Shown in pieces: positions 12,290-25,034 of a DNA stretch of 64,000 bases (positions are counted from its first letter, which is position 1; every line of letters starts with the position of its first letter). Position numbers and translations under genes: made by a program. The notes beneath the pieces were generated by a model. It was not told the origin of the DNA. It did no database searches and saw only the letters and a program-made list of their open reading frames with translations. This DNA is from Octopus vulgaris (Eukaryota), in NCBI GenBank assembly GCA_951406725.2, contig OX597832.1:36890001-36954000 (forward strand). The letters run 5' to 3'.

Positions 12290-13069
12290 ATGTTAACCAC
12301 GGTGGGGATTTCCTCACCCGTGTGCCAGCAGCACTTACTGTTTACTACCATTTCTCCGTCTGCAGAAATGACCTTTCTACTAAATTACTCTCACTTCCTA
12401 CCCCAACTTCATTATTTAGCTCTGCCACGCTGCACTTATGTTAGCAAACATAGTGTTTACTACCCGGTGACTATTTTCTCATTTACACACCACTTCCTTC
12501 TCGGCACAAACTCCATCCTCTGTTATATCCACTTATAAATATGTATGTATAAAGAGTCTGTCTGTGTTGCAGCAATCACCACTGCCATTGACAAAAACCT
12601 AGCATTTTACTATGGACTGCCAATGAGTTTTAACAGTCTTTAATTCATATGTCTATCTGTATATGTTGGTTTGTTTGTTTAGTGTCCAGTTTTTCACTCT
12701 AGCATAGGTTGTTGAATTGGGACTTATTTTGAAGAAAGATCTTACTGCCAGATGCTCTTCCTGTCACTAACTTTAACCTGTTTTCCAAGTAAGGGATTTT
12801 TTTTTATTGCATATGTTTTCAGAAGTACACATTGACCTTTCATTATGTAAACATCATCATTATTTAGACTCGGAGTAACAAACTGTAGAATATCATCAAC
12901 GTTCACTGACGATTAGCACATGCAACAGGTTTCTTACACTTTCCTTCTGCAAAATTCACTTAGCCAGAATGCCATGCATGATAACCAGATTAGAAACCAC
13001 TTGACTAGGAAACAAATTTCTTATGCTTTCCAACCGCATGGTTCTAGGTTCACTTACCGGTGGGTGGGC

Positions 13070-13911
13070 AAATTGATTTGCACAGACAGATGAGTTGCTG
13101 CACGACTGAACTGTGATCACAGTGCATCACCCGAAGACTTTAGGCATTGGAAAGTATGTGCAAAGTGGGTATCTTGGCAGTGGACACCAGATTTGAAGGA
13201 GAGAAGGGTAGAAATCTGTCTGCTCTGATCTGCTGGAAATATCTAAAGCCAATAATGACAGGCAATGAGACGAAAAAGTGGGCTTATGTTTATTATTTGG
13301 AAATAAAGGTTTAGTCCATGGAATGGAATCACTCCTATTCTCCAAAGCCAAAGCCTGTGATTAGCACAGAAAATCATGATGACTGTTTTGGGGGTTGATA
13401 AGGGCATTATTCTCTTTGATTTTCTGGAACATAGCTGTGCTGTAACTCGAAAAGCTTAGACAAACCAATAGGAGGAAGAGTCTGAACAAAAACCTGAAAA
13501 TGATCCACATTCACCATGACAATATGTGAACACACACATGTCTTTGGCAAGAAATCCAGTAACTGATCAATGAAGCTGGTCAGTGGATCCATCGTATATA
13601 AGCCTTGATTTGGTGTCCTCCAACTTCTACCTGTTTTGTGCAATGAAGGATGGTCTTTGAAGATAATTTGATGACCATAGACAATGTGAAAGCTGCTGTG
13701 AAGAATTGGGTTCAAGAATGCACGCTTTGAATTTTTTCAAAGAGGATTCATGAATTGGGCTCAAAGATGACATAAAAGGCATGGCTTGTAATGAAGACCA
13801 TGTTGAACACAAAAGAAGAGTTACTCTACCGACATGTGAAATTTGAATGGTCTATGGTCAGTTTATGAAAACATTCTGCCCACTTTTATATTACTTTCAG
13901 TATTACCCTCG
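13070..13911 (+). pseudogene. Degraded mariner transposase with 3' TIR
   Basis: Motif remnants in the correct order: KVCAKWVSWQWT (WVPxxL), IMTGNET (TGDETW), SMEW, KIMMTV..DKGII, HHDN, YISLDLVSSNFYLF (YSPDLAPSDF). Ends attactttcagtattaccctcg. Confidence 0.85.
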
Positions 13912-14289
13912 TGTGTCAAAACAGTTGAAAAAGACCCCCCTCCCGCCCCCCCGGAAACAAAGCATGAATGCGATATATCTGATCACCACTTAAGATGAGT
14001 ACTTCAAATGAGTATGAAGTATTTTGGCATTTTGGAACTTTGTCCTTTTTCAGAAAGAAAAGCAGAAAAATAGAGAATGAGAGTGTGTAGAAATAAAAAT
14101 AATTGGGAGAAGGGCACTGGAAGAAGGGGAAAGGCTAAAAAAGGCAGGTAGAAAATATATCGATGAGAGATAAAGGCAAGAACAACAACAATACTGAGAA
14201 AGAGTGATGGTCTGTGTTTGAAAAAATGAGAGTTAGGAAATCTGAGAAAATAAGTTTGTAGCATATGAGGAGGTGAGATGTATTTTGGG

Positions 14290-15020
14290 TGGGGCCTTTC
14301 TTTACATCCTCTCTTTCTCTGTTTGGTTTCCTCTGCTTGCATTAATGAGTCTTCTCCAGTGCAGCATCTTCTCACCGATTGTGCTCATTTCTCATCTCCT
14401 TCTTGTGATTCAGTTCTTTAAGGTCAGCCTTCGCTACTTCTTACCATGTGTTCCTCAGTCTTTTTTTCCCAACAGGTTCCTTCCACTTGGGACCCTATCA
14501 CTTAGCACTTCTTTACCCATCATCCACACTCATCATATATCTCTACCTCTGCAGTCTACTTTATTCTGCACTGTATCCGATTCTTTTATTTGTATTCAGT
14601 TGTTCAAGTACACTTATCATCATTCATTTAGTAATATCAGTAGAAAGAGAACAAGGAACTTGCTGAGGGCAGTGGAAGGTCTTGTCAATGCCAACCAACT
14701 CTACTTTCTTTGGAGTCTGTTTGATCATATATGTACCACAAAATCCTGCAAACTCATCTGTTTCACTATACCCAACTTCAAATGCCTCAACTGAGAGTCG
14801 TACTACACCACATTTGGCCTTTCTCACTCTCCACAGCAAGTTCACTGTACTCTTTTTACCAATTTCATTAAGTAATACAAGTCCTGGAATCTGTTTGATC
14901 TGCTGTATCCTTGCACCTCGTCTGTATTCAAGGCCCATGTTTTCAACGTTGCCCTTCATATACGTGCATCATAGTCTCCCTTGTGATTGTAGGGAGAATC
15001 TCTTTGTTTGCTAGCAGAGA
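14290..15020 (-). mobile_element. RTE-clade LINE remnants (endonuclease-like piece plus 3' end)
   Basis: The - strand gives GYSETDEFAGFC..MIKQTPKK, resembling the APE region GYGxRN..FC..NT.FKK. A degraded GRPRKTW-like 3' region lies near 14450-14500. Confidence 0.55.
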
Positions 15021-16786
15021 TATTTATTCCATGGGTTCTCTTACTCCTAACATATCCCTGTTTCTGCCATTCTGCTCTTTTATTCTTTTACTTGTTTCAG
15101 TCATCTGACTGCGGCCATACTGGAGCACCGCCTTTATATCTTTTTCGTATTGAAATAATTTAATCTGTACCTGTGTGTGGTTTTTTTTTCTTTTTTCTAA
15201 AGGCTAAACTAGTGGTTAACTCTTACCACACTGTGCTAGTCGCTCCTCTGTCACATCACACCAATGCAAAAGTATCAATTATCTAAGTTTCATTTTTCTG
15301 AATTTCACTTTTTAACAATGTAAACAGGAAGTTGGTTCAGTTTCACTTCAGGCAGTGTGGGAGAGTTTAGTTACTAAGTGATTGGAAAGTGTAAGAGATA
15401 CAAAGAGAGGGAAGGAGAGAGAGAGAGCGTGGGTGTCTGTCTGAAAGAATAGTTTGGATTTCATAATACATTTGGTGAATTTGAAGTACCAAGACTAAAG
15501 AGTATATGTCAGATGATAGATTACTTTAGTGTTCAGAAATGTGGTGCAAAGACACGGCTAAAGGAGAGTTGTTGATCAGTTGAAAAAGATGTCCAAAGTT
15601 CATTTTGTATTGCGGTAATGGAGAGGGAAGTACTACAACCTGTTGCCTCTTTATGCAAACAGCAGATATGTCATCACACTTTCTTGAAGATGGCATGTTA
15701 GCACTGTTGTATGTATGTGTGTGTGTGTGCGCACATGCATAACTGTGTTTCTATGTTTGTACCTATGCGTTTCTTCCATGTGTGTATCTGTGCATATATA
15801 TATGTATATATATATATATACAGATAAGTGAGCTATGTTGTGTGTGTGTGTCTCCACAACAGTTCATTATGTGTGTGTGTGTGTGTGTGCATGTTAGCTA
15901 GCTACTAATTCTTAGAGAAACTAAATCTTCACTCTATTACTACTACTACTACTACCACCACCAGCACCACATTTAACTTGCGTTAGTAGTTACAGTTGCT
16001 TGCTCTACCTTCGAGTCTCTTACCTCATTTACTGTTTTCTATTTAAAGAGTCTATTGCTGACTGAAGTAAATCTAGCCTCCATTCTATCCAACTACACAC
16101 ACACACATCTCCACTGTAATTGCCCAATTTGCTCTGATCCAGTTAAGGTCACATGCACGCACGCACGTGCACACACACACACACACACACACTTGGTAGT
16201 GATTAGCTGGCTTCAGACATTACAGCTAAGGTTATGTCGAAGCAGTTGCCTTATGTAATGTCAGCTGTCTATAAAATCCATTTGTTACCTTTCGGTCTTT
16301 CTATTTCACTTAGAATTGTTGTTGTCATTTGGCCCCTGTTCAGCCCTGATTGAACCAATGACTCGACTCAGCCTTGCTTATTCCTCTGAAATTCTTACAT
16401 AAAAGAATGTAGTTTTATATGCACTGTATATTTTTGCTTTTAGAAGATGATTGGGTATGATTTGAGGAAGATATTGCTGCTATTTCTGTCAAATGAAGTA
16501 GCTACATAGAAGCTTCCTAGTTAGAGTTTTAGAAGAATCGGTTTTCATCATCTTCACTGCTGCTGTTGTCGTCTTTAAATGTGATCCATAATAATTACTC
16601 TCTCTTTCTCTCTCTCTGCTTACTCTCTCTTTCTCTTTATCTCTCCATCTGTTTCTCTACTTCTGTCTTTCTCTTTCACTTTCTCTGTCTCATATTTTCT
16701 CTGATATCAAAAATTAAGCAGTATAACAAAGGGATGTTTCCCCAGTGTTGACCTGTTGTTATTCCCTTCTCTGTCTGTTAACCTTT

Positions 16787-16822
<36 letters not shown>

Positions 16823-17129
16823 TTGCTAACTCCTCATCTCTTCTCTCTCACCACAGTGTCAGTTAACTTATCTTGGATTTGGTTGCTATTATTACTTTCA
16901 ATGAACTGATAAGGTGGGGGTCTTTTGTAATATTATAGTTGTCCATGGTAATTGGATGGGGTGGAGAATGGATAAATACTATCTGGGAACTGATTTGAGT
17001 TATGAAAGTATGAATGGATGCTGTGTGCATACATGCACACGCTCTACGTTTAAAATAACATAATTGTATTAGCTAACTGTTGTTGAAACAAGTATAAAGG
17101 TTGTTGGTGCTTTTAGTAGTAATAATTGT

Positions 17130-18050
17130 TTCTAATTTAGGTACAGGTCCTAAAATTTAAGGGCAGGATTATATCCACTCCCCAGTACTTTTTACTTGAT
17201 TTTATTGACATTGACCTTGGAGCTATGAAAAGCAAAGTTAGCCTCTGTGGGATTTGAACTCAGAACGTAAAGACGGATGAAATGTTACTAAGCATTTTGC
17301 CCAGTGTGCTAACAATTCTGACAGCTCACCACCTTAATAATGGTTTCAAATTTTGGGAGAGGGAGTGAGTCAAATACATAGACTCCAGTGCTCAACTGGT
17401 ACTTATTTTATCGACCCTGAAGGAATGAAAGGCAAAGTCAACCTCAGTAACATTTGAACTCAGAATATAAAGTCAGAAGAAAAGCTGCTACTCATTTTTT
17501 TCCACCAAAGCAATGATTCTGTCTGCTTGGCACTCTTTCTGCCCTAGGTGTCAGGAAGACCCTCGCCAAGAAATGGAAACAGAATTGAAAGATGGTGATA
17601 ATGAAAATAATGATAATAACAATAATTTCTGATTTAGATGCAAGACCTGCAGTTTTCCAGGACAGGATTGGTTGATTGCATCAACCTCAGTACTTGACAT
17701 CTACTTTGTTTTATTGCCCCAGAAGGATGAAAGACAAAGTTGGCTTTGGCCGGACTTGAACTCAGAACTTAAAGAGCTAAAAGAAATACTGCATTTTTAC
17801 CTGATGCACTAACAATCAATCAACCTCTGATAGTAATAATGATGATTTCAAAGCCACACATTCTTAAGGGACATGCATTGAGAATTTAATTGAATATCTA
17901 ATTTAAGCATAACTTGTATGTTGCCAGGAGTACTCTTCTGGTGCAGTGGGATGGAAACAAAGTTGAATCCAGTTGGTTTTCAACTCAAAATTGTAAAGGA
18001 TCATAACTAAATGCTGTTGAGCTTTTTTCAGTTGTCTACAAATTCAATCA
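17130..18050 (-). mobile_element. Head-to-tail cluster of 3-4 decayed SINEs (family C, Meta-domain-like)
   Basis: Repeated tttattgac...gaaaggcaaagt...tttgaactcagaa at about 17200-17265, 17405-17465, 17710-17767 and weakly about 17950-17990, separated by (AAT)-rich tails. Confidence 0.75.
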
Positions 18051-18389
18051 TAGTCTTATTCAGTTATATTATTACTGCCACAAGGGCATCAAAGGGAAAA
18101 CTTCACCTGGACAAATTACAAAAGCTGTTGGGGAGGTTATCATCATCATCATCATCATCATCATCATACGATTTGAAAACAAAAAAAGCATAAAGAACAT
18201 TGAGTGAAATGAAATCATTTCAATGGTGGGAGATTGGTAAATGTTTAAGCCTAACCAAGGAACCCCACGGTTCTCAAATAATGGGAACAGCAGCCACCTA
18301 AGTCCAATCAAAGAACTGCACAGATATCACGGTTCTTTGATTATGAAGGGCAAAAAGTGTCCTTTTCCAGCATAACCTACATTGGATGC

Positions 18390-18447
18390 ATTGCCAATCC
18401 CAGCAAATATTTGATTAATATCAAATATATTTGCTAGGATTGGCAAT
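18390..18447. repeat. 58-nt near-perfect hairpin
   Basis: attgccaatcccagcaaatatttgat / taat / atcaaatatatttgctaggattggcaat. One mismatch and a 2-nt bulge. Confidence 0.9.
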
Positions 18448-19889
18448 TCACTTATTCAGAGATATAATGTGATGGTGTCACCTGATTCGTATATGATACT
18501 GCACATTCTCTTTCATGATGTTTGCAGATTCAAATACAACTGTGGCCTTCTTTCTTTTAAAACTTAACTATTTAGTTGGTCCTGATCAACTAGATATTCC
18601 AACTAAACCTACCTTGTATTTTTGTGCTATGATAGATAATCTTTGCTTTGTTATCTAATTGTATAGTTTTTTTTCTAAAATAGCAGGGTGTGATCAAGAT
18701 GCTCTTTCTAGTTGATTGGGCAACCTTATAGGTGCTGTCTCGTGGGTTTGTTTAGAGTTCAATATATCAAGGAAGATCTTGAATATTACAGTCTTATTCC
18801 TTCTACCACTATTTCCACGGTAAATATGTGAGTCTTCAGGATGTTAAAATGGCTTACTTGCCATTTAGCTTATCAAATACCACCTGAGATCATACTACTA
18901 CTACTACTACTACCACTGCTACTATGATGGCAACGACTACTATTACTACTACTGTCAATATTTACAGGAGAGGCTTAATTAATAGCAACAGGATGGTTTT
19001 TACAGCCAACAAAATAGAATAGTGTGATTCTTTTAGTTTCTGGAACATCTAAATTGTTGAAATAACCATTGTTGTTTGCATTTACCATACAGCTACAGAA
19101 CATGCGCACACGCACACACACACACATACACACACACACACACAATGAATTTTGCTTTACAGCTGCTCATTTCAGATTCAGTCTCATTGTATGGCACAAT
19201 GAGTGAGTGTCTTCTGCTACAACCCTGGGCTGACCAATGCCTTATAAGCACATTTGGTAGGCAGGACACTATACAAAAGCCTCTTGTGCACATGTATATG
19301 CATTTGTGTCTGTGTGAGTGTTTACATTCTGTGCTGAAATCTGGATGTTTCTTGACATTTTCCTGTTGATCAAATTCTTTAGTAGCTATGTGTTTCAAAG
19401 GCAAGTGAAAACAAGTGCTAGCAACAAGAAGGGCATCCAGCTGTAAGGCAAAAACCTCAATAGTATTAGTCTAACCCATGCTAGCATGGAAAAACAGATG
19501 TGAAACAGATGAAAGAATGAATGAATATCACTTCATAATGAGCTGCCTATTAAGTTGGTGACATGTGAAGCATTTGATAACTCTTTATTGTGATATGTTT
19601 ACTTGCTGAATGTTATTATAATTAGGGTCGGCAGTTAATTAGAGTAGAAATTCAGTTTGTAAGGAGGTGCGGGTGAATGTGGTTGTTATACTTATATTTG
19701 TATATTAAAAGGGAAATAGTTTATGTCATTTCAATTTCTATGAAGTCCGATACCATTGTATTCTGACTAATAACGAAGGGTTTTATATAGGCCATTCGGA
19801 TACAACTTCTAATTTATGAGCTGGGTGGCAAAATAGGAAAATGTATCATATTGAGTCCTTTCCCTTTCAAATATTTGTCGGTGTGAGTA

Positions 19890-20130
19890 ATTCAGTGATG
19901 GTGATCTATGTTATACATTTAGTCCTGTGGAGTTTGTACGTTCAAATAAAGATAGAATCTGTTGTGTTTTGAAAATATACTGAGCGGATTTGCTGCTTTT
20001 GTAATAAAGTCTAAATAGGACAAGATTTACCAGCATCATTAATAAAACGCATTGGCTTCAGCTGGAAATCTCATTGCCCAACTTACAGAAGAGCTATAAA
20101 TTATAAAACTCTAACAAGAACCACACTTGA
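19890..20130 (+). mobile_element. Possible highly decayed GIY-YIG (Penelope-like) fragment
   Basis: Frameshifted VIYVI..SCGV.YV resembles VIYxIxCxxCGxxYVG. Otherwise weak. Confidence 0.25.
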
Positions 20131-20229
20131 AACATGAACTGATTGTTCTTAGATGGTCGCAAAGACTCTGAATTATAAGGAGGGAGTGGGTAGTTGTGAG
20201 TTTATACTTTATATTATTATCATTATTAT

Positions 20230-20440
20230 TAGAGCTGACAGAATCGTTAGCACTGCCAGGCAAAATGTTTAGTGATATTTCATCTGGCTTTACGTTCTAA
20301 GGTCAAATTTTACTGAGTTTGATTTGCCCCTCCTCCTTTTGAGGTCAATAAATTAAGTACCATTTGACCACTGTGGTCAATATAATCAACTAACCCTCTC
20401 CTACAAAATTTCAGGCCTTGTGCCTCTTGTAGAAAGGATT
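20230..20440 (+). mobile_element. SINE family C
   Basis: gaatcgttagcac...ggtcaataaattaagtacc...ggccttgtgcc, homologous to 27600-27790. Confidence 0.75.
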
Positions 20441-20699
20441 ATTACTGGTAGAGGTGGGGAGGGTGTGGTATAAAGAACAGCCTAGAGATCTAGCAGAGTT
20501 TGAACACAGAATAGTGAGATGTCAAATGAGTCTCTTTTAATGAATTTGGTCAAAACAAATTGACTACTTTTGAATATGACCGTTGCATTGTCATCACCAT
20601 TTAACATCATTTTCCATGCTGACTTTGGTTGGATAAAGATGGCATTTAAAGTGATCTAAGAAATATGTCAGATTAAAAAAAACCTGTGAAGTTTGAGTG

Positions 20700-21110
20700 T
20701 TAATGTTGAGAAGCTTCTTCTTAAATCCCTAGCTGGCAACTGGAGGGAGATTCTGTCCTCTCAACCAATACACTGCCTCTGGATGACGGACTCTGGTGAC
20801 GTTGCTCCACACTTTCTCATCCATGGCGCTGACCTTAGCATGCTTGAGGTCAAGGTGCTGCAACTTCAGATCTTTCTCAATTGTTATTTCACCCATGTCT
20901 TCTTTGGTGCCCTTGCGCTTGATTCTCCAATGCATCAGTTGCTGCCGCCATTAAAAATTGGTGTGGTAGTCCTCCAGCGCTCACCCTGCAGATGTGGCCG
21001 AACCACTGGAGCCAGAACTACTGGAGTTCGTCTTCAATGGTCTCTTGTCGCTGGTATTGTTTTCAGATGTTGTTTGAGATTTGGTTGCGTAGAGAGGCAC
21101 CCACAGTGAA
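20700..21110 (-). mobile_element. RTE-clade LINE 3' ORF fragment
   Basis: The - strand gives LQWFGHICRV...LPHQFL, then after a frameshift PKKTW, typical of the RTE ORF C-terminus (LRWFGHVxR...GRPKKTW). Confidence 0.75.
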
Positions 21111-22671
21111 TATGGATGGAGGAAACTATAGTGATGTTAGTGACAAAGAACAGAAGGATTGAGAACTCTTGGTACTAAATGACATACACCATTGTTTTTT
21201 TCTATCCATATATATAACAACAGCAGCAGCAGCAGCATAAGTTCATGTTATGAACCTCAGATCAATAATTAAACTAATTTTAGCTTTCAACTAGAATCTA
21301 AAGATTTCTTTGGTTAGTACCTGACTCAGACATCATATTCTTCCTTCCTTTCTCTGCATATCATGCCAATTAAATTTTTTGAATTTCATGTTTTCCCTTT
21401 TTTCTCCTCATTTTGAAATAGGCACCAATTCTATTTAATCTTCTCTTTTCCTATTTACCAAATTGTTCATGAAATTTTTTGCAATTTTCTCAGCCCTTGT
21501 TTTTTTTTTGTTTTTTCTGTTTATTCTCTGAAACCCATTAATTCGTCGACCTCTTCCTTACACAACTCCTTCCTATGAATCATTCACAAATTAAATTCCT
21601 TCTAACTTAACAAAAATTCCAGATAATTTCCTTGTCTAATTATTTGTAACCTCCTCCTCCTCTTCCTCCTCCTTTCTCAATTGCTACGGATACTGCATTT
21701 TATTTGTTTTTATTTACATTTTATTTATGTCTTCTCTAAACTCTTCAGTTCTTCCCTCGTCTGCTACCAAACATTATTCATCATCACTTGCTGTCTAATG
21801 TCTATGTTCCGATGTTGCCATCGTTATCTGTGGAAATTAGGAGGAAATTAAGGAAAATATTTTCTGCTTTGTAGCATTCATTTACCTTATTTATAAAATG
21901 CAACTGCTTGTTATTTCATAACATTCATCTAAATTATTTATAAAAAGTGACATTCTGTTATTTCATGGCTGTCTAAAGTATCTCGGTTACTCCATACTCT
22001 ACAAAAGTTATTTTAAAACTGCTTAATAATCAGAAATATTTTTAAAATGGAACACTCCCACCACCACCACCACACTAAATAAAAACATTCAATTCCCCAC
22101 CCCCTCCATCATGTGATGTAAATTTGATTATTTCAAGTTTCACAATTGAATAATTCTTTGGTTGGTATAACCTTTACAGTTTTAAGATACTGGAGTAAAT
22201 TACCTGCTTACGCAATATATGTGTGATTGCTTGAGAGAGAGAGAGAGAGAGAGAGGTGTACATATGTATGTGTCTTGGAGACTGGTGTGGTTGAGTTGTT
22301 ATGAGGTTTGCTTTGCAATCATGTGGTCTGGTTCCAGATCCTGTGCCCACTGCATCGCATCTTGTTCAAATATCTGTTACTATGGGTTACCAGTGAAATT
22401 AAGTAGTATGAAACCATAGAAACCCTCAGATGGCTTGTGCTTGTATTTCAAAGATCCAACCTTACTGCACTCATTCTACTTAAGAATTACATTTAGAGTA
22501 TATATGTCTGTGGAATACTCAGACACAATAATTCATTAAGTAGGTAATTTAGTTAATGAAGCAACTGGAGTGCTCATTAATAAAACAGATGTAAGATCTG
22601 TGTGTGTGTGTGTGTATGCATCTATGTGTATTATGTTTTATTAAAACATTAAGCCCAACAATATGTGTATC

Positions 22672-22702
<31 letters not shown>

Positions 22703-24148
22703 ATTGTATGTGTATATGTGAATGTATTTGTATATGTCATCATTTTACATCATGGATTGTCATGGTCTGCATCACTTTGCACACACACATCGGTAGAGAT
22801 ACTTTGTTGTGTATAGCTTGTAGTGTGGACTATTTGTTGGTTCTTGTGCTACTCGTACTGGTGTGGAGGACAAAACGTGGCCTTCCTTGTGCACACATCA
22901 TCTGGTTCCTCTTGTATCCAGTCTCACAGCTCATCTGTCATTTGACATTCATGCATATCACAACACATCACAACCAGCAGATTACGTTTGTTTGATTTCT
23001 TTCCAGCCTTCACATATCTTCTACAGCCAGTGTTTGTGTTTTACTACCATGCAACATTGTACTTTGTACATAAATACCATACAATTTGCTCATTCTTTCA
23101 AAGAAAGTGTACCCTCATTGCCTATCTGAGGTTATAGATCCCTTGGATGTTTTCTTCCTATACTGGCTGCTTTGCTTTTGGATCATTTGATTCCACTGCT
23201 TGGTAGGTCCCCAAGATAGTGAAAGCTGTCAACTTGTGAAGATTTGAAAAGATTCATTCCAACAGTGGGTGGAACTGCTTCTCTATTTCATCTGCTACAT
23301 GCAAAATCATTCATCTCTGTCAGTCTGCTTGTGCACTCATAGTTTACATTTGTTAACGTGTGTGTGTGTATTTATAACATGAACTGAAAGTAAAGATATC
23401 ATCAAAAGAATGGTGGTTATTTATACTCTAGTTTAGAATATGATTCAACCTGTTGAGCCCTAACACAGCACCAGCTGAGACGAGAGAGGGTGACAGCTAT
23501 GAAGATTCAGTCACTAACCTTGTTCTATTTTCACTGTAAACATCATTGAAACTTTCTACCCACAGCTCTTGCACCATAGATTATAAATATTTCAATATTC
23601 TAAATGATTGTGTTTACACTAGTGTTAATAAATATACAAGCACACTGATACATACCATTACCACTTAATTTGATTTTACTTTATAGTACTTGATAGTACT
23701 TTAGGTATCATGTTTCGCAAACTTTATTCAACCATTATGTCAAAGCATTCCTTGACTACAGTCTCACAGCATTTTTCCAATATGTGTGTACACACGCATA
23801 TGTGAGTGTGAGTTTGCAGCCATAGACATGTGCTTAATGAGTTCATTTTCAGCTTTGTGGTTCCAGGGTTGGAACCTTCTATTGTTGAATTTGATCAGTG
23901 TCTTGAGTGGCAGATAGTAGAATATATATTAACCATTTGTATATACGTGTTTCCATTTATAAAAGTGTGTATGTGTGTTCATATATATATATTGGTGTGT
24001 ATATATGTGCATATGACTGTGTGTTTGTGTGTATGTATATTTCATTTTGATCAAGTCAGTCTTGCTTGTTGGGGCACAGGGTCTTCAGACCACACGCAAC
24101 CAAGTATGCATACAAAAAAATATACAAAGGCACACACACACATGTACA

Positions 24149-24190
<42 letters not shown>

Positions 24191-24247
24191 CAAGCACATA
24201 CTTGGTTAACATGTGGCAATATTTCTTCCTTCATATATATATATATA

Positions 24248-24538
24248 TTGATAGAAATGGCAAGACAACAAAAGAATGAGAAAGACCTTGATATTGTTTA
24301 AATAGAGGAATTTATCTGTAAATATAATATGTGACAAAGCTAGCATTTTTTCTCGATGGCCCAATAACTGTAGAAATGCCGGCATGGGTTTCAGCCCTGA
24401 CATCCGAAACTCAGAACTTTATCATGGCTACCGAATAATTGTCACAAATTATATTTACAGGTAATATGTGATAATTATTCGGTAGCCATGATAAAACTCG
24501 GAGTTTCGAATAATTGTCACATATTATATTTACAGATA
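24248..24538 (+). mobile_element. Penelope-like terminal repeat relic with hammerhead-like motif and nested inversions
   Basis: ataa-CTGTAGA(24368-24374)...GAAA(24406-24409)...ttat. 24405-24446 is inverted at 24467-24508. 24313-24336 is inverted at 24515-24538 and partly at 24440-24460. Confidence 0.6.
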
Positions 24539-24539
24539 T

Positions 24540-25034
24540 ATATGCAAAATTTAGGTTCGTCAAAATGTGTTTGTGACATATTTCAACTGCTAAAAGGCAA
24601 ATACACTGCAGTTACCATGGAGAAAGTATCTCTGTTATGGTAAAAGGTGTGAAAACACCCCGTTTGTTCAGTGTTGCCATCTATCAAGCATCCCAGACAT
24701 TGATGCTTATTGACTCTTGTCAATGGGATGTACCTAAGAGAGGCAACTCTGAACAAACTTATAAAGCAGCAGCTTTATGTAAAATTCAGTCAACACGTTT
24801 AGCTGATTTCCAGTAGTAGATTGCCCAGGTGAGGGAAATAACAAAATGTTAGTGCTATTGATAGGAGTCAATAAACTCTGGGATTCCTGATAGATGGCGA
24901 CACTGAACAAACCTCGTGTTTTCATACCCTTTACCATAAGAGAGATATTTTCACCATGGTAACTGTAGTGTGTTTACCTGTTAGCAGATGAAATATGTCA
25001 TGATCATATTTTAACTAACCTAAGTTTTGCTTAT
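24540..25034. mobile_element. Foldback/MITE-like element with imperfect TIRs of about 185 bp
   Basis: gcaaaatttaggtt...gactcttgtcaat pairs with attgataggagtcaata...aacctaagttttgc. Unique core of about 130 bp, no ORF. Confidence 0.85.

Noticed and set aside
12020-12538. 172-aa Ser/Pro/Leu-rich ORF
   Set aside because: Built from (CAT/CAC)n and (CT)n low-complexity sequence, with no splice or homology support.
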